Source of the DNA: an uncultured Desulfobulbaceae bacterium
GTDB lineage: Bacteria; Desulfobacterota; Desulfobulbia; Desulfobulbales; CALZHT01
Assembly (NCBI GenBank): GCA_945787445.1
Contig: CALZHT010000001.1
Span: 22,460-86,459, forward strand
Direction of reading: 5' to 3'
DNA: 64,000 nucleotides
Numbering within the stretch: the stretch's first letter is position 1; every line of letters begins with the position of its first letter. Positions 41,032 through 49,991 of this stretch are shown one piece after another. Made by a program: the position numbers and the translations under genes. The notes below the pieces were generated by a model. The model saw only the letters and a list, made by a program, of their open reading frames with translations, did no database searches and was not told the DNA's origin.

Positions 41032-42168
41032 ATGATTATTGGCATACCAAAGGAAGTAAAAAACAATGAATACAGAGTATCCCTTATTCCCGCCGGAGCA
41101 AAATCCCTGGTTTCCCATGGCCATACGGTACTCATTGAGAAAGGCGCCGGTCGGGGATGCGGCATAAGTGACAACGAATTCAAAAAGGCCGGCGCCCGCA
41201 TCGTATCCTCCGCAAAGGAGGTTTTCGGCCGAGCCGAGATGATCATCAAGGTCAAAGAACCAATGCCGAAGGAATTCTCCTTACTGCGGCCGGACCTTAT
41301 TCTGTTTACTTTTTTGCACTTGGCGCCTTTACCGGAACTGACGGATGCCCTCCTGCAACAAAAGGTGATTGGCATCGGTTTTGAAACAGTGCAGCCTGAC
41401 GACGGCTCTCTGCCTTTGCTCGCCCCGATGAGCGAAGTAGCAGGCCGCATGGCTGTCCAGATCGGCGCCCATTATCTGGAAAAAAACAACGGCGGCAGGG
41501 GAGTATTGCTGGGCGGCATCACCGGAGTTGAAAAAGGCCATGTCCTGATTCTCGGCAGCGGCAGTGTGGGTTCCAATGCAGCACAAATGGCTGTTGGCTT
41601 AGGTGCTTCCGTTACTGTTCTAGGAAAAAGCCGCGCCCACTTAGCGCACTTGGAAAATTCTTTACACAGCAGAATCAATACGCTTATTTCAAATGAGCAC
41701 AATATTGAAGAGGAGCTCAAAAAGGCCGATCTGGTGGTCGGAGCAGTGCTTATTCCCGGCGCCCAGGCTCCCAAGCTCATCACCAGAAAAATGCTTTCCA
41801 TCATGAAAAAAGGGGCTGTCCTTGTTGATGTGTCCATCGACCAGGGCGGTTGCGCAGAAACCTCAAAGCCCACCACCCATTCTGATCCGGTGTACGAAGT
41901 TGACTCCGTTCTCCATTACTGTGTAGCCAATATGCCGGGCGCTGTTCCTAGAACGTCAACATTTGCACTGGCAAGCGTAACCCTTCCCTTTGCTCTTGAA
42001 ATCGCCGACAAAGGCGTTGAGCGCGCCCTCACTGAAAACAGGGCGTTACAAAGAGGGGTGAATGTGTACAAAGGCAAGCTGGTGAATAAAGACGTGGCGG
42101 CAGCGCAGGGCAAAAAATTTGCAGAGTTTCCGAAAAGCCACAAAGTCCCATTGGATAATCTTTTTTAA
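41032..42168 (+). CDS. ald: Alanine dehydrogenase
   Basis: GIPKEVKNNEYRV, KVKEP, FTFLHLA, PMSEVAGR, IDQGGC, YCVANMPGAVPRTST. Confidence 0.95.
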   Translation: MIIGIPKEVKNNEYRVSLIPAGAKSLVSHGHTVLIEKGAGRGCGISDNEFKKAGARIVSSAKEVFGRAEMIIKVKEPMPKEFSLLRPDLILFTFLHLAPLPELTDALLQQKVIGIGFETVQPDDGSLPLLAPMSEVAGRMAVQIGAHYLEKNNGGRGVLLGGITGVEKGHVLILGSGSVGSNAAQMAVGLGASVTVLGKSRAHLAHLENSLHSRINTLISNEHNIEEELKKADLVVGAVLIPGAQAPKLITRKMLSIMKKGAVLVDVSIDQGGCAETSKPTTHSDPVYEVDSVLHYCVANMPGAVPRTSTFALASVTLPFALEIADKGVERALTENRALQRGVNVYKGKLVNKDVAAAQGKKFAEFPKSHKVPLDNLF

Positions 42169-43436
42169 ATTTTGGAAACCGCAAATATAGGAAATCCAAT
42201 TGTCACGTTTGTTCCCTTACCTGGAAGACTATCTATCTTTATACTGCCTCGATGTTCTTCTACAATCTGTTTTACGATGGGAAGTCCCAAGCCAATTCTA
42301 TTTGGCTTAGTGGTAATAAAAGACTCAAAGATATTTTCAAGCTTTTCCGACGGGATCCCTGTCCCATTATCCTCGATCTCGACCACAAAGCTTTTAAAAG
42401 TTTTGTTAATTCTGATAGCCACATCTCCTCCACTTTCGGAGGCTTCTAAAGCATTCCTGAGAATATGAATCAAAGCTACTTTAAGCATTCCTTTATCAGC
42501 CTCGATCATGAATGGTCCATTTTCTGGTTCAAATTTTAACCCAACATCTTTTTTGGCAGATTCATTCCTTAAAATTTCAATACTTTCTCTGATCATTTCA
42601 ATCAGGTCCTCGGACTTGAGGTAAAATCTCCTCTGTGCAGCCAACCTTTCAAAGTTATTGACAATTTCCTCCAGCTTCCGAATTTGCTCAAGAATAGTTT
42701 CGATTTTTGCTGTTGTTTTTTCATCGGATGGCATCTTTTTGACTAATGATTTGACTAGGCCCCCCACAATGGTTGCAGGATTTCTGATCTCATGAGCCAC
42801 TTTTAAGGCCATCTCACTCATAGCTCTCTCTACTGCAACTGCCTCCAAGTCTCGATTTAGATGGAATAGTTCCACATTAATGCGGTCGAGTTCCTCGTTT
42901 TGCCTGGACCTTTCCTCTAACATTCTAAGAAGCTCTTCATGTTTTGCTCTCAAATTTTCAAGGCAGGAATCCTCTGTTTTAGCGAATAAGTTTTCTCCCG
43001 TCTTTCCTTCTCCTTTATCCATTTCTTCGAAACGCAAACGAGATCCCCACTTGTGGATTCGCAATTTCGAACTTCCATGAGGTTCTTCTATCTCTATGTG
43101 ATCCATAATTTTCTTTAAACCCTGCAAAATCTTCGGAGACTGTTCATCCTTAGGAATATCATAATTCCTTTGGGGGTCAGAAAAATTTTCAATGGTTATT
43201 TCCATTCCCCCTTTTCCTTGAGGGCTCCTAATCAAATTCCAGCATATCTTCCCTATGTTATTCTTTACTATACTCTGGGCTGTTCCTAAGACATTTTCTG
43301 TGATCTGTTCCACCTCAGGGGCACTAAAACGGCACATCTTTGCAATTATCTCGGATTTTTCCCTTATAATGGGAAGATCCTTATCACTTCTAAAGATAAA
43401 AGAAATAAGGTGGAGTCGTTCTTGTATTGTTACCAT
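42165..43436 (-). CDS. Soluble sensor histidine kinase with degenerate RsbT-like N-terminal domain
   Basis: H-box AHEIRNP, N-box RNALEA, DNGTGI, GLGLPIV; no TM segment; coiled coil before HisKA. Confidence 0.85.
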   Translation of the reverse strand: MVTIQERLHLISFIFRSDKDLPIIREKSEIIAKMCRFSAPEVEQITENVLGTAQSIVKNNIGKICWNLIRSPQGKGGMEITIENFSDPQRNYDIPKDEQSPKILQGLKKIMDHIEIEEPHGSSKLRIHKWGSRLRFEEMDKGEGKTGENLFAKTEDSCLENLRAKHEELLRMLEERSRQNEELDRINVELFHLNRDLEAVAVERAMSEMALKVAHEIRNPATIVGGLVKSLVKKMPSDEKTTAKIETILEQIRKLEEIVNNFERLAAQRRFYLKSEDLIEMIRESIEILRNESAKKDVGLKFEPENGPFMIEADKGMLKVALIHILRNALEASESGGDVAIRINKTFKSFVVEIEDNGTGIPSEKLENIFESFITTKPNRIGLGLPIVKQIVEEHRGSIKIDSLPGKGTNVTIGFPIFAVSKI

Positions 43437-43582
43437 CGAAACTCCCCCTGGTCTGAATAGCTATCACGAAAAATGACAAACAGCTTTATTCAAGGCCTAT
43501 TTTGATCTCTTCCTAGCTCTACACTTTGCATGTTCATTTTCTTAAGTCAAAAGACATATGCAAAGGTTATGGACTCGTTGCA

Positions 43583-43813
43583 TCATTCCAGCAATCCAAC
43601 AATTGGGATTCTTTCCAGCAGGTCCTCATTATGGGGCGCTTGTTGAATTGCTTCGGAAAGATCTTCTCCCGCGCTATGCAACACCTGATGTTTGCCGCCC
43701 TTCCAATGCCAGCTTCCGGATACATCGTAGACTTTCCCCTGAAACGCTATATAAGATGGAGCACCATGTAATCCATTACATCTGCTCAAATCTTTTTTGG
43801 TAATCTTTTTCAT
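43583..43813 (-). CDS. Cytochrome b5-like heme/steroid-binding protein
   Basis: NG...YIAFQGKVYDVS..W.GGKH...AGEDLS......APH motif. Confidence 0.85.
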   Translation of the reverse strand: MKKITKKDLSRCNGLHGAPSYIAFQGKVYDVSGSWHWKGGKHQVLHSAGEDLSEAIQQAPHNEDLLERIPIVGLLE

Positions 43814-43843
43814 CTGCCGTTTCTATAAATGGGTGTAAAAAAG

Positions 43844-43875
43844 TAAGGGTGCCTAAGATACGGGAGGCACCCTTA
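43844..43875 (-). terminator. Probable terminator downstream of the dpsL pseudogene
   Basis: Stem TAAGGGTGCCT / AGGCACCCTTA followed on the minus strand by CTTTTTT. Confidence 0.6.
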
Positions 43876-43885
43876 TAAACCCTCA

Positions 43886-44437
43886 TCACTTAAGGAATTT
43901 TGAGACAAACGGTGATGTGTCACCGCGCCGCATGAAGTGGCCGGACGGTCCTTCGCCAAGAAATTCTGAAAACCACGATTCATGCTCAATTTCTTCGTTC
44001 AGAATGGAAAGCGACAGGTCATAGGTCCTATGGTCCTTACCGGCCGTCATGTTGCAGATCTGGGTGTATCCCCGCACTGCGCATCTTTCCGCTTCTACCA
44101 GAACCTTCAGCATGGCATGCACATCCCGCGGGTCTTGGGGAAGACTTGCCGGCGGACAGGCTGAAATGTCATGAAAATCATTCATTCGTGCCGGCAGTTC
44201 GCCACCAAGCTCATAAATTCTCGGTACCAGGGCCTCAAAATGATTCCGATCTTCTATACGGGCAACTTCGGCGATCTTTTTTATCCCCTCACCATCAAGG
44301 CCTATCAGGTTGACCCTCAGGATCGTTTAGTAATAGAAGGTTGTCAGCTCCGCGGAAGCGTTTTTCACCGGCAGCTCCAATAACTGATCAACCTCGATTC
44401 CTGCCTTTTCCACCATTTCCCGTGCGACTCTTGCCAT
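43886..44437 (-). pseudogene. DpsL-type (thioferritin) ferritin-like DNA-protection protein interrupted by an in-frame TAA
   Basis: RBS AAGGAGGT and ATG 44437: MARVAREMVEKAG...AELTTFYY*TILRVNLIG...ARIEDRNHFEALVPRIYELGG...ACPPA...AERCAV...EEIEHE; stop at 44327-44329 (codon 37), frame otherwise continuous. Confidence 0.88.
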
Positions 44438-44633
44438 GACATACCTCCTTTGTTAATGCATTAATGGTTTCGTTACATCAGTGAAGAAATGAGAACGAAA
44501 AACCAATTTTTCTTCATTGTTATCCAGAATCTTTATCTGTTTTATCGAATGGAATCTCCTCTTCGCGCAACTTTAAAATGTGCTGTTTTTTTTCAGCGTA
44601 TAGTCTGACTAAAATTGATGTCAATGCAAAAGA

Positions 44634-44734
44634 GATATACCCGCAAAAAGTCTGGAAAGCGGTTAACGTGCAAGCAATTTCAATTAGCAACAAAGCATTG
44701 CATCGATAAAATCGTCATTTTTCGAGTTCATCAA
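44634..44734 (+). repeat. ~100-bp dispersed repeat / degenerate MITE, copy A
   Basis: Aligns end to end with 55246-55349; identical 18-mer GGAAAGCGGTTAACGTGC (44654-44671); ends TTTTTCGAGTTCATCAA. Confidence 0.7.
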
Positions 44735-44900
44735 AAAATGGAAGTTTACGGAATTATCTTAGGACGGCTAAAAGGGATTAAAATATTAATTTGTAGCCTT
44801 ACATTGCAAGGGAATGACCAATACTTATAGTATAGAGTAGGAATATTGGTGATAGTGCTTCATTTAGTTCTGTATCACCAAATAATACATGTGGGGTGCC

Positions 44901-46562
44901 ATGAGTATTGATACCAAAGAGAGCGGCATTCTGGAAAATCTCTATTTTCATTCGTTCAACAAGCAGAAATTTGCTACGTTCTCACCATTTATACTTGACC
45001 CCAAAACCGAAGATATTATCAAGAGCTATGAAGAGCTGATCAAAGAATATCCCCCTGAAAAACTTGAAAAAGAGGGTAAAATCCCTGACCGGTTATGGCA
45101 CGGCCTCAAAAAAATAGGGTTGTTCGGTTTGAACATACCGGAAGAGCATGGGGGGCAAGGATTGGCTCTGAACCAGTATCTCAAAGTGCTTGAAACCATA
45201 GCACGCCGGGATTTGGCCCTGGCCATCATTCCCACCGCCCATCTTTCCATTGGCATTAAAGGGATCCTCCTTTTCGGCAATAATGAGCAGCAAAAGAAAT
45301 ACCTGCCCCGGGCGGCAACCGGGGAAATGATTTTCGCCTATGCGCTCACCGAGCCAAACAGAGGATCCGATGCCCAGCATATTGAAACCAGGGCAGACCT
45401 TTCTGCAGATGGCAAATATTACATGCTGAATGGCATGAAAACCTATATCACCAACGGCGGCTATGCTGACGGCCTTACTGTGTTCGCTCAGCTTGATCCG
45501 GATCAAGCTGGGGATATGGGCGCTTTTATTGTTGAAACAGCCTGGGATGGTGTACACGTAGGCAAACCCATGCCCAAGATGGGGCTTACCATCAGTTCCA
45601 CCACCTTGATTGCCTTTACAGATGTGAAAGTACCTGTGGAAAATATGTTGGGTAAGCCTGGCGACGGATTTAAGATCGCCATGACCATTCTCAACTATGG
45701 CCGTTTGGGGCTGGGTGCGGCTTCAGTTGGGGTGATGAACCAGGCAATTGCCGACATGATCAAAAGGGCATCAACCCGAACCCAGTTCGGTGTCCCTATC
45801 AAAAATTTTGAACTGATTCAGGAAAAAATCGTCAACGCCAGGGTAAGGAGTTTTGCCGCCGAAGCCATGACCCTTTTCACCGCCCACCTGCTCAAAGATG
45901 CGCCGACCGCCAACGTGGCCACTGAAAGTTCCCATACCAAATTGTTCGGCACCACCAGGGGTTGGGAGACTCTGTATGACGCCATGCAGGTTGCCGGCGG
46001 GGCCGGATACTTGTCATCCTTACCGTATGAAAAGCGCCTGCGGGATTTCCGGGTATCAACTATTTTTGAGGGCACCACTGAAATCCACTCCATGTATCCG
46101 ACCGCGCACCTCTTGCGGGTCCTTGGCAAGGAGTTCCAGAAAATCGGCAAAAGCAAATTGAAAATAATGCTTTTCATGCTGACGGCAATAATGAAATCCC
46201 CCAAAATCCACTTGGCTTTTGAAGATACTGTGATGCGGGAGGCTCTATCTTTTGTGCAAAAATCCGTGAAAAAGATACGGTATCTTCTGTTCAGAGGCCT
46301 TGCCCTTTACGGTGAAAAAATAATCTCCAGAGAATTTTTCCTGCGCAGAATCACCCATCTGAGCCTTTACGTATACGCGCTTATCAGCATGCTGGCCAAG
46401 ATGCACGCTGACCAGCAACAGGGACAAGGAAATGATATTGATCCGAAGCTGCTGGGCTATTTCCTGGAACAGGCAAAAGGGTCGTTTACAGTAAACAACC
46501 GTTATCGCGAAGGAAAACTTGAGGAGTTCCATAGTGATATCTTCAAGGAATTGGCAGAGTAA
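44901..46562 (+). CDS. fadE: Acyl-CoA dehydrogenase (long-chain, ACAD9/VLCAD-like)
   Basis: AYALTEPNRGSDA, NGMKTYITNG, R.QFG, IFEGTTEI; start 44889 or 44901. Confidence 0.88.
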   Translation: MSIDTKESGILENLYFHSFNKQKFATFSPFILDPKTEDIIKSYEELIKEYPPEKLEKEGKIPDRLWHGLKKIGLFGLNIPEEHGGQGLALNQYLKVLETIARRDLALAIIPTAHLSIGIKGILLFGNNEQQKKYLPRAATGEMIFAYALTEPNRGSDAQHIETRADLSADGKYYMLNGMKTYITNGGYADGLTVFAQLDPDQAGDMGAFIVETAWDGVHVGKPMPKMGLTISSTTLIAFTDVKVPVENMLGKPGDGFKIAMTILNYGRLGLGAASVGVMNQAIADMIKRASTRTQFGVPIKNFELIQEKIVNARVRSFAAEAMTLFTAHLLKDAPTANVATESSHTKLFGTTRGWETLYDAMQVAGGAGYLSSLPYEKRLRDFRVSTIFEGTTEIHSMYPTAHLLRVLGKEFQKIGKSKLKIMLFMLTAIMKSPKIHLAFEDTVMREALSFVQKSVKKIRYLLFRGLALYGEKIISREFFLRRITHLSLYVYALISMLAKMHADQQQGQGNDIDPKLLGYFLEQAKGSFTVNNRYREGKLEEFHSDIFKELAE

Positions 46563-46588
46563 CCTCATAGAGGAGATAAAGCAGACCA

Positions 46589-47875
46589 ATGCCCTCAAAA
46601 ATAGCAATCACAGGCGGAGTACGAACTCCCTATATCCATGTGGACACGGTATTTAAGGACTATACCGCGGTGGACCTCGGACGATTGGCGGTCACGGAGG
46701 TTATTGCCCGCAGCGGTATTGATGCAGGTGCGCTTGATTCGGTTATTGTCGGTAATGTGGCCCAGCCCGTGGAAGCGGTGAACATCGCCCGGGTTATTGG
46801 ACTGATGTCTGGAGTACCTGAACATGTGCCTGCCTTTACCGTCCACCGCAATTGCGCTTCCGGTATCCAATCGGTAATAGGTGCGGCTCAGTCCATTGCC
46901 ACCGGAGAAGCTGAACTTGTACTGGCGGCCGGGGTGGAGTCCATGTCCAACATTCCCTTGTTTCTTTCCAAGAAATTTAAGGATGTTCTCAGCCATTATT
47001 GGCATGCGAAAACCCTTAAAAATAGAATCAGGGCGCTTATGGAATTACGCCCGCGAGATTTTATCCCCCGAATCGGTCTGTTGCTCGGCCTCTCCGACCC
47101 CACCTGCGGCCTCAATATGGGACAGACAGCAGAAGTCTTGGCGCGCGAGCTTAAGATCAGCCGGGGGGCTCAGGACGAGTTCGCCCTCCTGAGCCATCAA
47201 CGAGCTATTGCTGCCCAGAAACGGGGCCGATTTGCCGGCGAGATCATGCCGGTTCTCATCCCGCCTGATTATGAAAAAGCGATCGATTACGATAATGGGG
47301 TGCGGCCGGAGGAAACCATGGAGATACTGGCCCGGTTACGGCCGGTTTTTGACAGAAAATACGGCACCATCACGGCGGGTAATTCCGCCCAGATAACCGA
47401 TGGCGCTGCCGCGGTGATCTTGGCAAGCGAGAAAGCTCTGACAAAATATAACCTTGAGCCGCTGGGCTATATCGGGGAGCATGCCTTTGCCGGTCTATCC
47501 CCAAAACGCATGGGACTTGGGCCGTCATATGCCACCTCTATTCTGCTGGAAAAGACCGGGATTGATTTCAATGATATCGGCCTCATCGAAATGAATGAAG
47601 CGTTCGCAGCCCAAATCATTGCCAATGAGATGGTCTTTTGTGATGACAAGTGGTCCGACCATTTTCTAAACCGCAAGGCCATTGGCTGCATTGACCGCAA
47701 TATTATGAATGTGAACGGCGGCGCCATTGCCATGGGGCATCCCGTGGGGTCGAGCGGCACACGACTCATTCTGACTTTGCTGTTGGAAATGCAACAGCGG
47801 TCCGTTGACCTGGGCCTGGCCACCCTGTGTGTGGGCGGCGGTCAGGGTGCGGCTCTTTTTCTCGAGAGGGCTTGA
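46589..47875 (+). CDS. fadI: 3-ketoacyl-CoA thiolase (FadI-like)
   Basis: RNCASG, NEAFAAQ, GHPVGSSG, LCVGGGQG. Confidence 0.9.
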   Translation: MPSKIAITGGVRTPYIHVDTVFKDYTAVDLGRLAVTEVIARSGIDAGALDSVIVGNVAQPVEAVNIARVIGLMSGVPEHVPAFTVHRNCASGIQSVIGAAQSIATGEAELVLAAGVESMSNIPLFLSKKFKDVLSHYWHAKTLKNRIRALMELRPRDFIPRIGLLLGLSDPTCGLNMGQTAEVLARELKISRGAQDEFALLSHQRAIAAQKRGRFAGEIMPVLIPPDYEKAIDYDNGVRPEETMEILARLRPVFDRKYGTITAGNSAQITDGAAAVILASEKALTKYNLEPLGYIGEHAFAGLSPKRMGLGPSYATSILLEKTGIDFNDIGLIEMNEAFAAQIIANEMVFCDDKWSDHFLNRKAIGCIDRNIMNVNGGAIAMGHPVGSSGTRLILTLLLEMQQRSVDLGLATLCVGGGQGAALFLERA

Positions 47876-47876
47876 G

Positions 47877-49991
47877 ATGGGTGCGATTTTCAAGATTGAT
47901 ATAGCCGATCATGTGGCCACGATAACCTTTGATCTGCCGGGCAGCAAGGTCAACATCCTGAATCAGGAGGTCCTGCAGGAGTTCGAGCAGGTCCTTGATG
48001 GATTGCGCTCAAATAATCATCTCAAAGGAGCGATAATCCTTTCAGGCAAAAAGGATACTTTTATTGCCGGTGCCGATATTTCAGTGCTTGAGCAGATGCG
48101 TGATACAGATGCGGCAACAGCGCTGGCCAAGCAGGGACAGCGAATTTTTGATACCCTGGCCCATTTGCCTTTTCCGGTGGTGGCTGCAGTCCACGGTGCT
48201 TGCCTGGGCGGCGGCATGGAACTTGCCCTTGCCTGCCATTACCGGGTGGTGAGCAATTCCCCTAAAACATTTCTGTCCCAGCCCGAAGTGCAGCTTGGCA
48301 TCATCCCAGGCTTTGGAGGCACCCAGCGACTACCCAGACTGATCGGCATTATCGAAGCCCTGAAGATGATTACCACCGGCAGCCGTGTTTTTGCCAAAAA
48401 GGCTGTGCGCATCGGTCTGGTAGACGAAATGGTTGAACAAGAGCATCTCCTGGCTGCCGCATTTAAGCTGGTTAAAAAAGGAAAACCAACCAGGCCCAAA
48501 AATAGAAGGGTACAGCTCCAGAAATTGTTGTTCGAATCAAACCCGCTTGGCAGAAACATGATTTTTTCCAAAACACGGGCAGCAGTCATTAAAAAGGGTG
48601 GCGACCATTATCCGGCGCCTTGTGCCGCCATTAATGCGGTAGAAACCGGTCTTGCTCAAGGCATCCAGAAAGGGTTGGAGCTTGAAGCCCGATTGCTTGG
48701 CGAACTGGCGGTTAGCGATACGGCAAAGAGAATGATCAGTGTGTTTCGGTTACGGGAGCAATTTACCAAGGTGGATAGATCGGTTGCCGACCGGATACAC
48801 AGTATCGGCGTGATTGGTGCCGGAGTGATGGGTGGCGGTATTGCCATACTGGCAGCGGAAAACAGCATGCAAGTGCGGTTGATTAACCGGTCAACCCGCG
48901 GTCTTGGCAGGGTGATCCGCGCATTGCAGAAAACAACCAGCAAAAAGCGGCGCAAGGGCATCTATTCTCCCGTCCTCGCCGACTGGATCAAATCAAGATT
49001 TGCCTATGACACTGCTGTGCGGGGATTAGGCAATGCGGATGCGGTGATTGAAGCAGTAGCTGAAGAGATGGACACCAAAAAAATGATACTTACCGATGTG
49101 GCGGAAAATGTTTCCAAGCACGCTTTACTGCTGTCAAACACTTCCTCCTTGTCAATCTCCGACCTGGCCGAAGTTATCCCGAATCCATCCCGGGTTGCCG
49201 GACTGCATTTTTTTAATCCGGTGGAAAAGATGAAGCTGGTGGAGATAATCAGGGGCAGGGAAACAACAGATGAAACCGTAGACAAACTCAAAATTCTTGC
49301 GCGTACGCTCGGCAAAATTCCGGTAGTCACGCGAGACAGCCCGGGTTTTCTAGTAAACCGGTTGCTCATGCCGTATCTGAACGAGGCCGCCAGGATGCTT
49401 GAAGATGGTGTTTCCATGCAGGCAATAGACGAGGCTCTGCTGCGTTTTGGCATGCCCATGGGTGCTTTTATTCTGCTTGATGTTATCGGACTTGATATCG
49501 CCTCCCATGTTGGCGGGATTCTCCACAAAGAACTCGGAGATCGCCTGCAACCTTCACCCATTCTGGCAGCACTCTGTGAAGCCAAGCGATTGGGACAAAA
49601 AAGCGGCCAGGGATTTTACCGTTATACAAAAAACGGCAGGCGCGAACAGGACCCGGAACTTCCATCATTACTCAAGCAGCATATTATTGGCAATCTGGTA
49701 GTAAATGAGCAGCAAATCGTGGATCGCAATATTCTGGCTATGGTTAACGAGGCTGCCTATTGTCTGGAAGAAAAGGTGGTGGACGGCCCGGCTGCCGTTG
49801 ATGCGGCAATGATTTTCGGTGCCGGTTTTCCGCCGTACACTGGGGGGCTCTTGCGTTATGCAGATGCAGAGGGAATTCCCAATGTGGTTAGAAATTTGAC
49901 CACCCTTGCTGAAACGGCTGGAAAACGTTTTATTCCAGCGAATTTACTTAAAAAAATGGCGGAAAATGGAGATCTTTTTCACCCCATGTAG
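47877..49991 (+). CDS. fadJ: Fatty-acid oxidation multifunctional enzyme (enoyl-CoA hydratase / 3-hydroxyacyl-CoA dehydrogenase)
   Basis: AGADI, GGGMEL, PEVQLG, GAGVMGGGIA, SNTSSL, HFFNPV, PGFLVNR; start at ATG 47877. Confidence 0.9.
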   Translation: MGAIFKIDIADHVATITFDLPGSKVNILNQEVLQEFEQVLDGLRSNNHLKGAIILSGKKDTFIAGADISVLEQMRDTDAATALAKQGQRIFDTLAHLPFPVVAAVHGACLGGGMELALACHYRVVSNSPKTFLSQPEVQLGIIPGFGGTQRLPRLIGIIEALKMITTGSRVFAKKAVRIGLVDEMVEQEHLLAAAFKLVKKGKPTRPKNRRVQLQKLLFESNPLGRNMIFSKTRAAVIKKGGDHYPAPCAAINAVETGLAQGIQKGLELEARLLGELAVSDTAKRMISVFRLREQFTKVDRSVADRIHSIGVIGAGVMGGGIAILAAENSMQVRLINRSTRGLGRVIRALQKTTSKKRRKGIYSPVLADWIKSRFAYDTAVRGLGNADAVIEAVAEEMDTKKMILTDVAENVSKHALLLSNTSSLSISDLAEVIPNPSRVAGLHFFNPVEKMKLVEIIRGRETTDETVDKLKILARTLGKIPVVTRDSPGFLVNRLLMPYLNEAARMLEDGVSMQAIDEALLRFGMPMGAFILLDVIGLDIASHVGGILHKELGDRLQPSPILAALCEAKRLGQKSGQGFYRYTKNGRREQDPELPSLLKQHIIGNLVVNEQQIVDRNILAMVNEAAYCLEEKVVDGPAAVDAAMIFGAGFPPYTGGLLRYADAEGIPNVVRNLTTLAETAGKRFIPANLLKKMAENGDLFHPM

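Noticed and set aside
43886-44185. 99-aa ORF as a stand-alone gene
   Set aside because: It is the 3' part of the interrupted dpsL reading frame.
44327-44329. Possible stop-codon recoding in dpsL
   Set aside because: The codon is TAA, not TGA (Sec) or TAG (Pyl), the family residue is Tyr, and TAA terminates many other genes here.
44846-44881. TTGGTGATA-N18-TATCACCAA inverted repeat before fadE
   Set aside because: Single occurrence with a long spacer and no cognate regulator nearby; inverted rather than the 11-bp direct arrangement of the two-component box.
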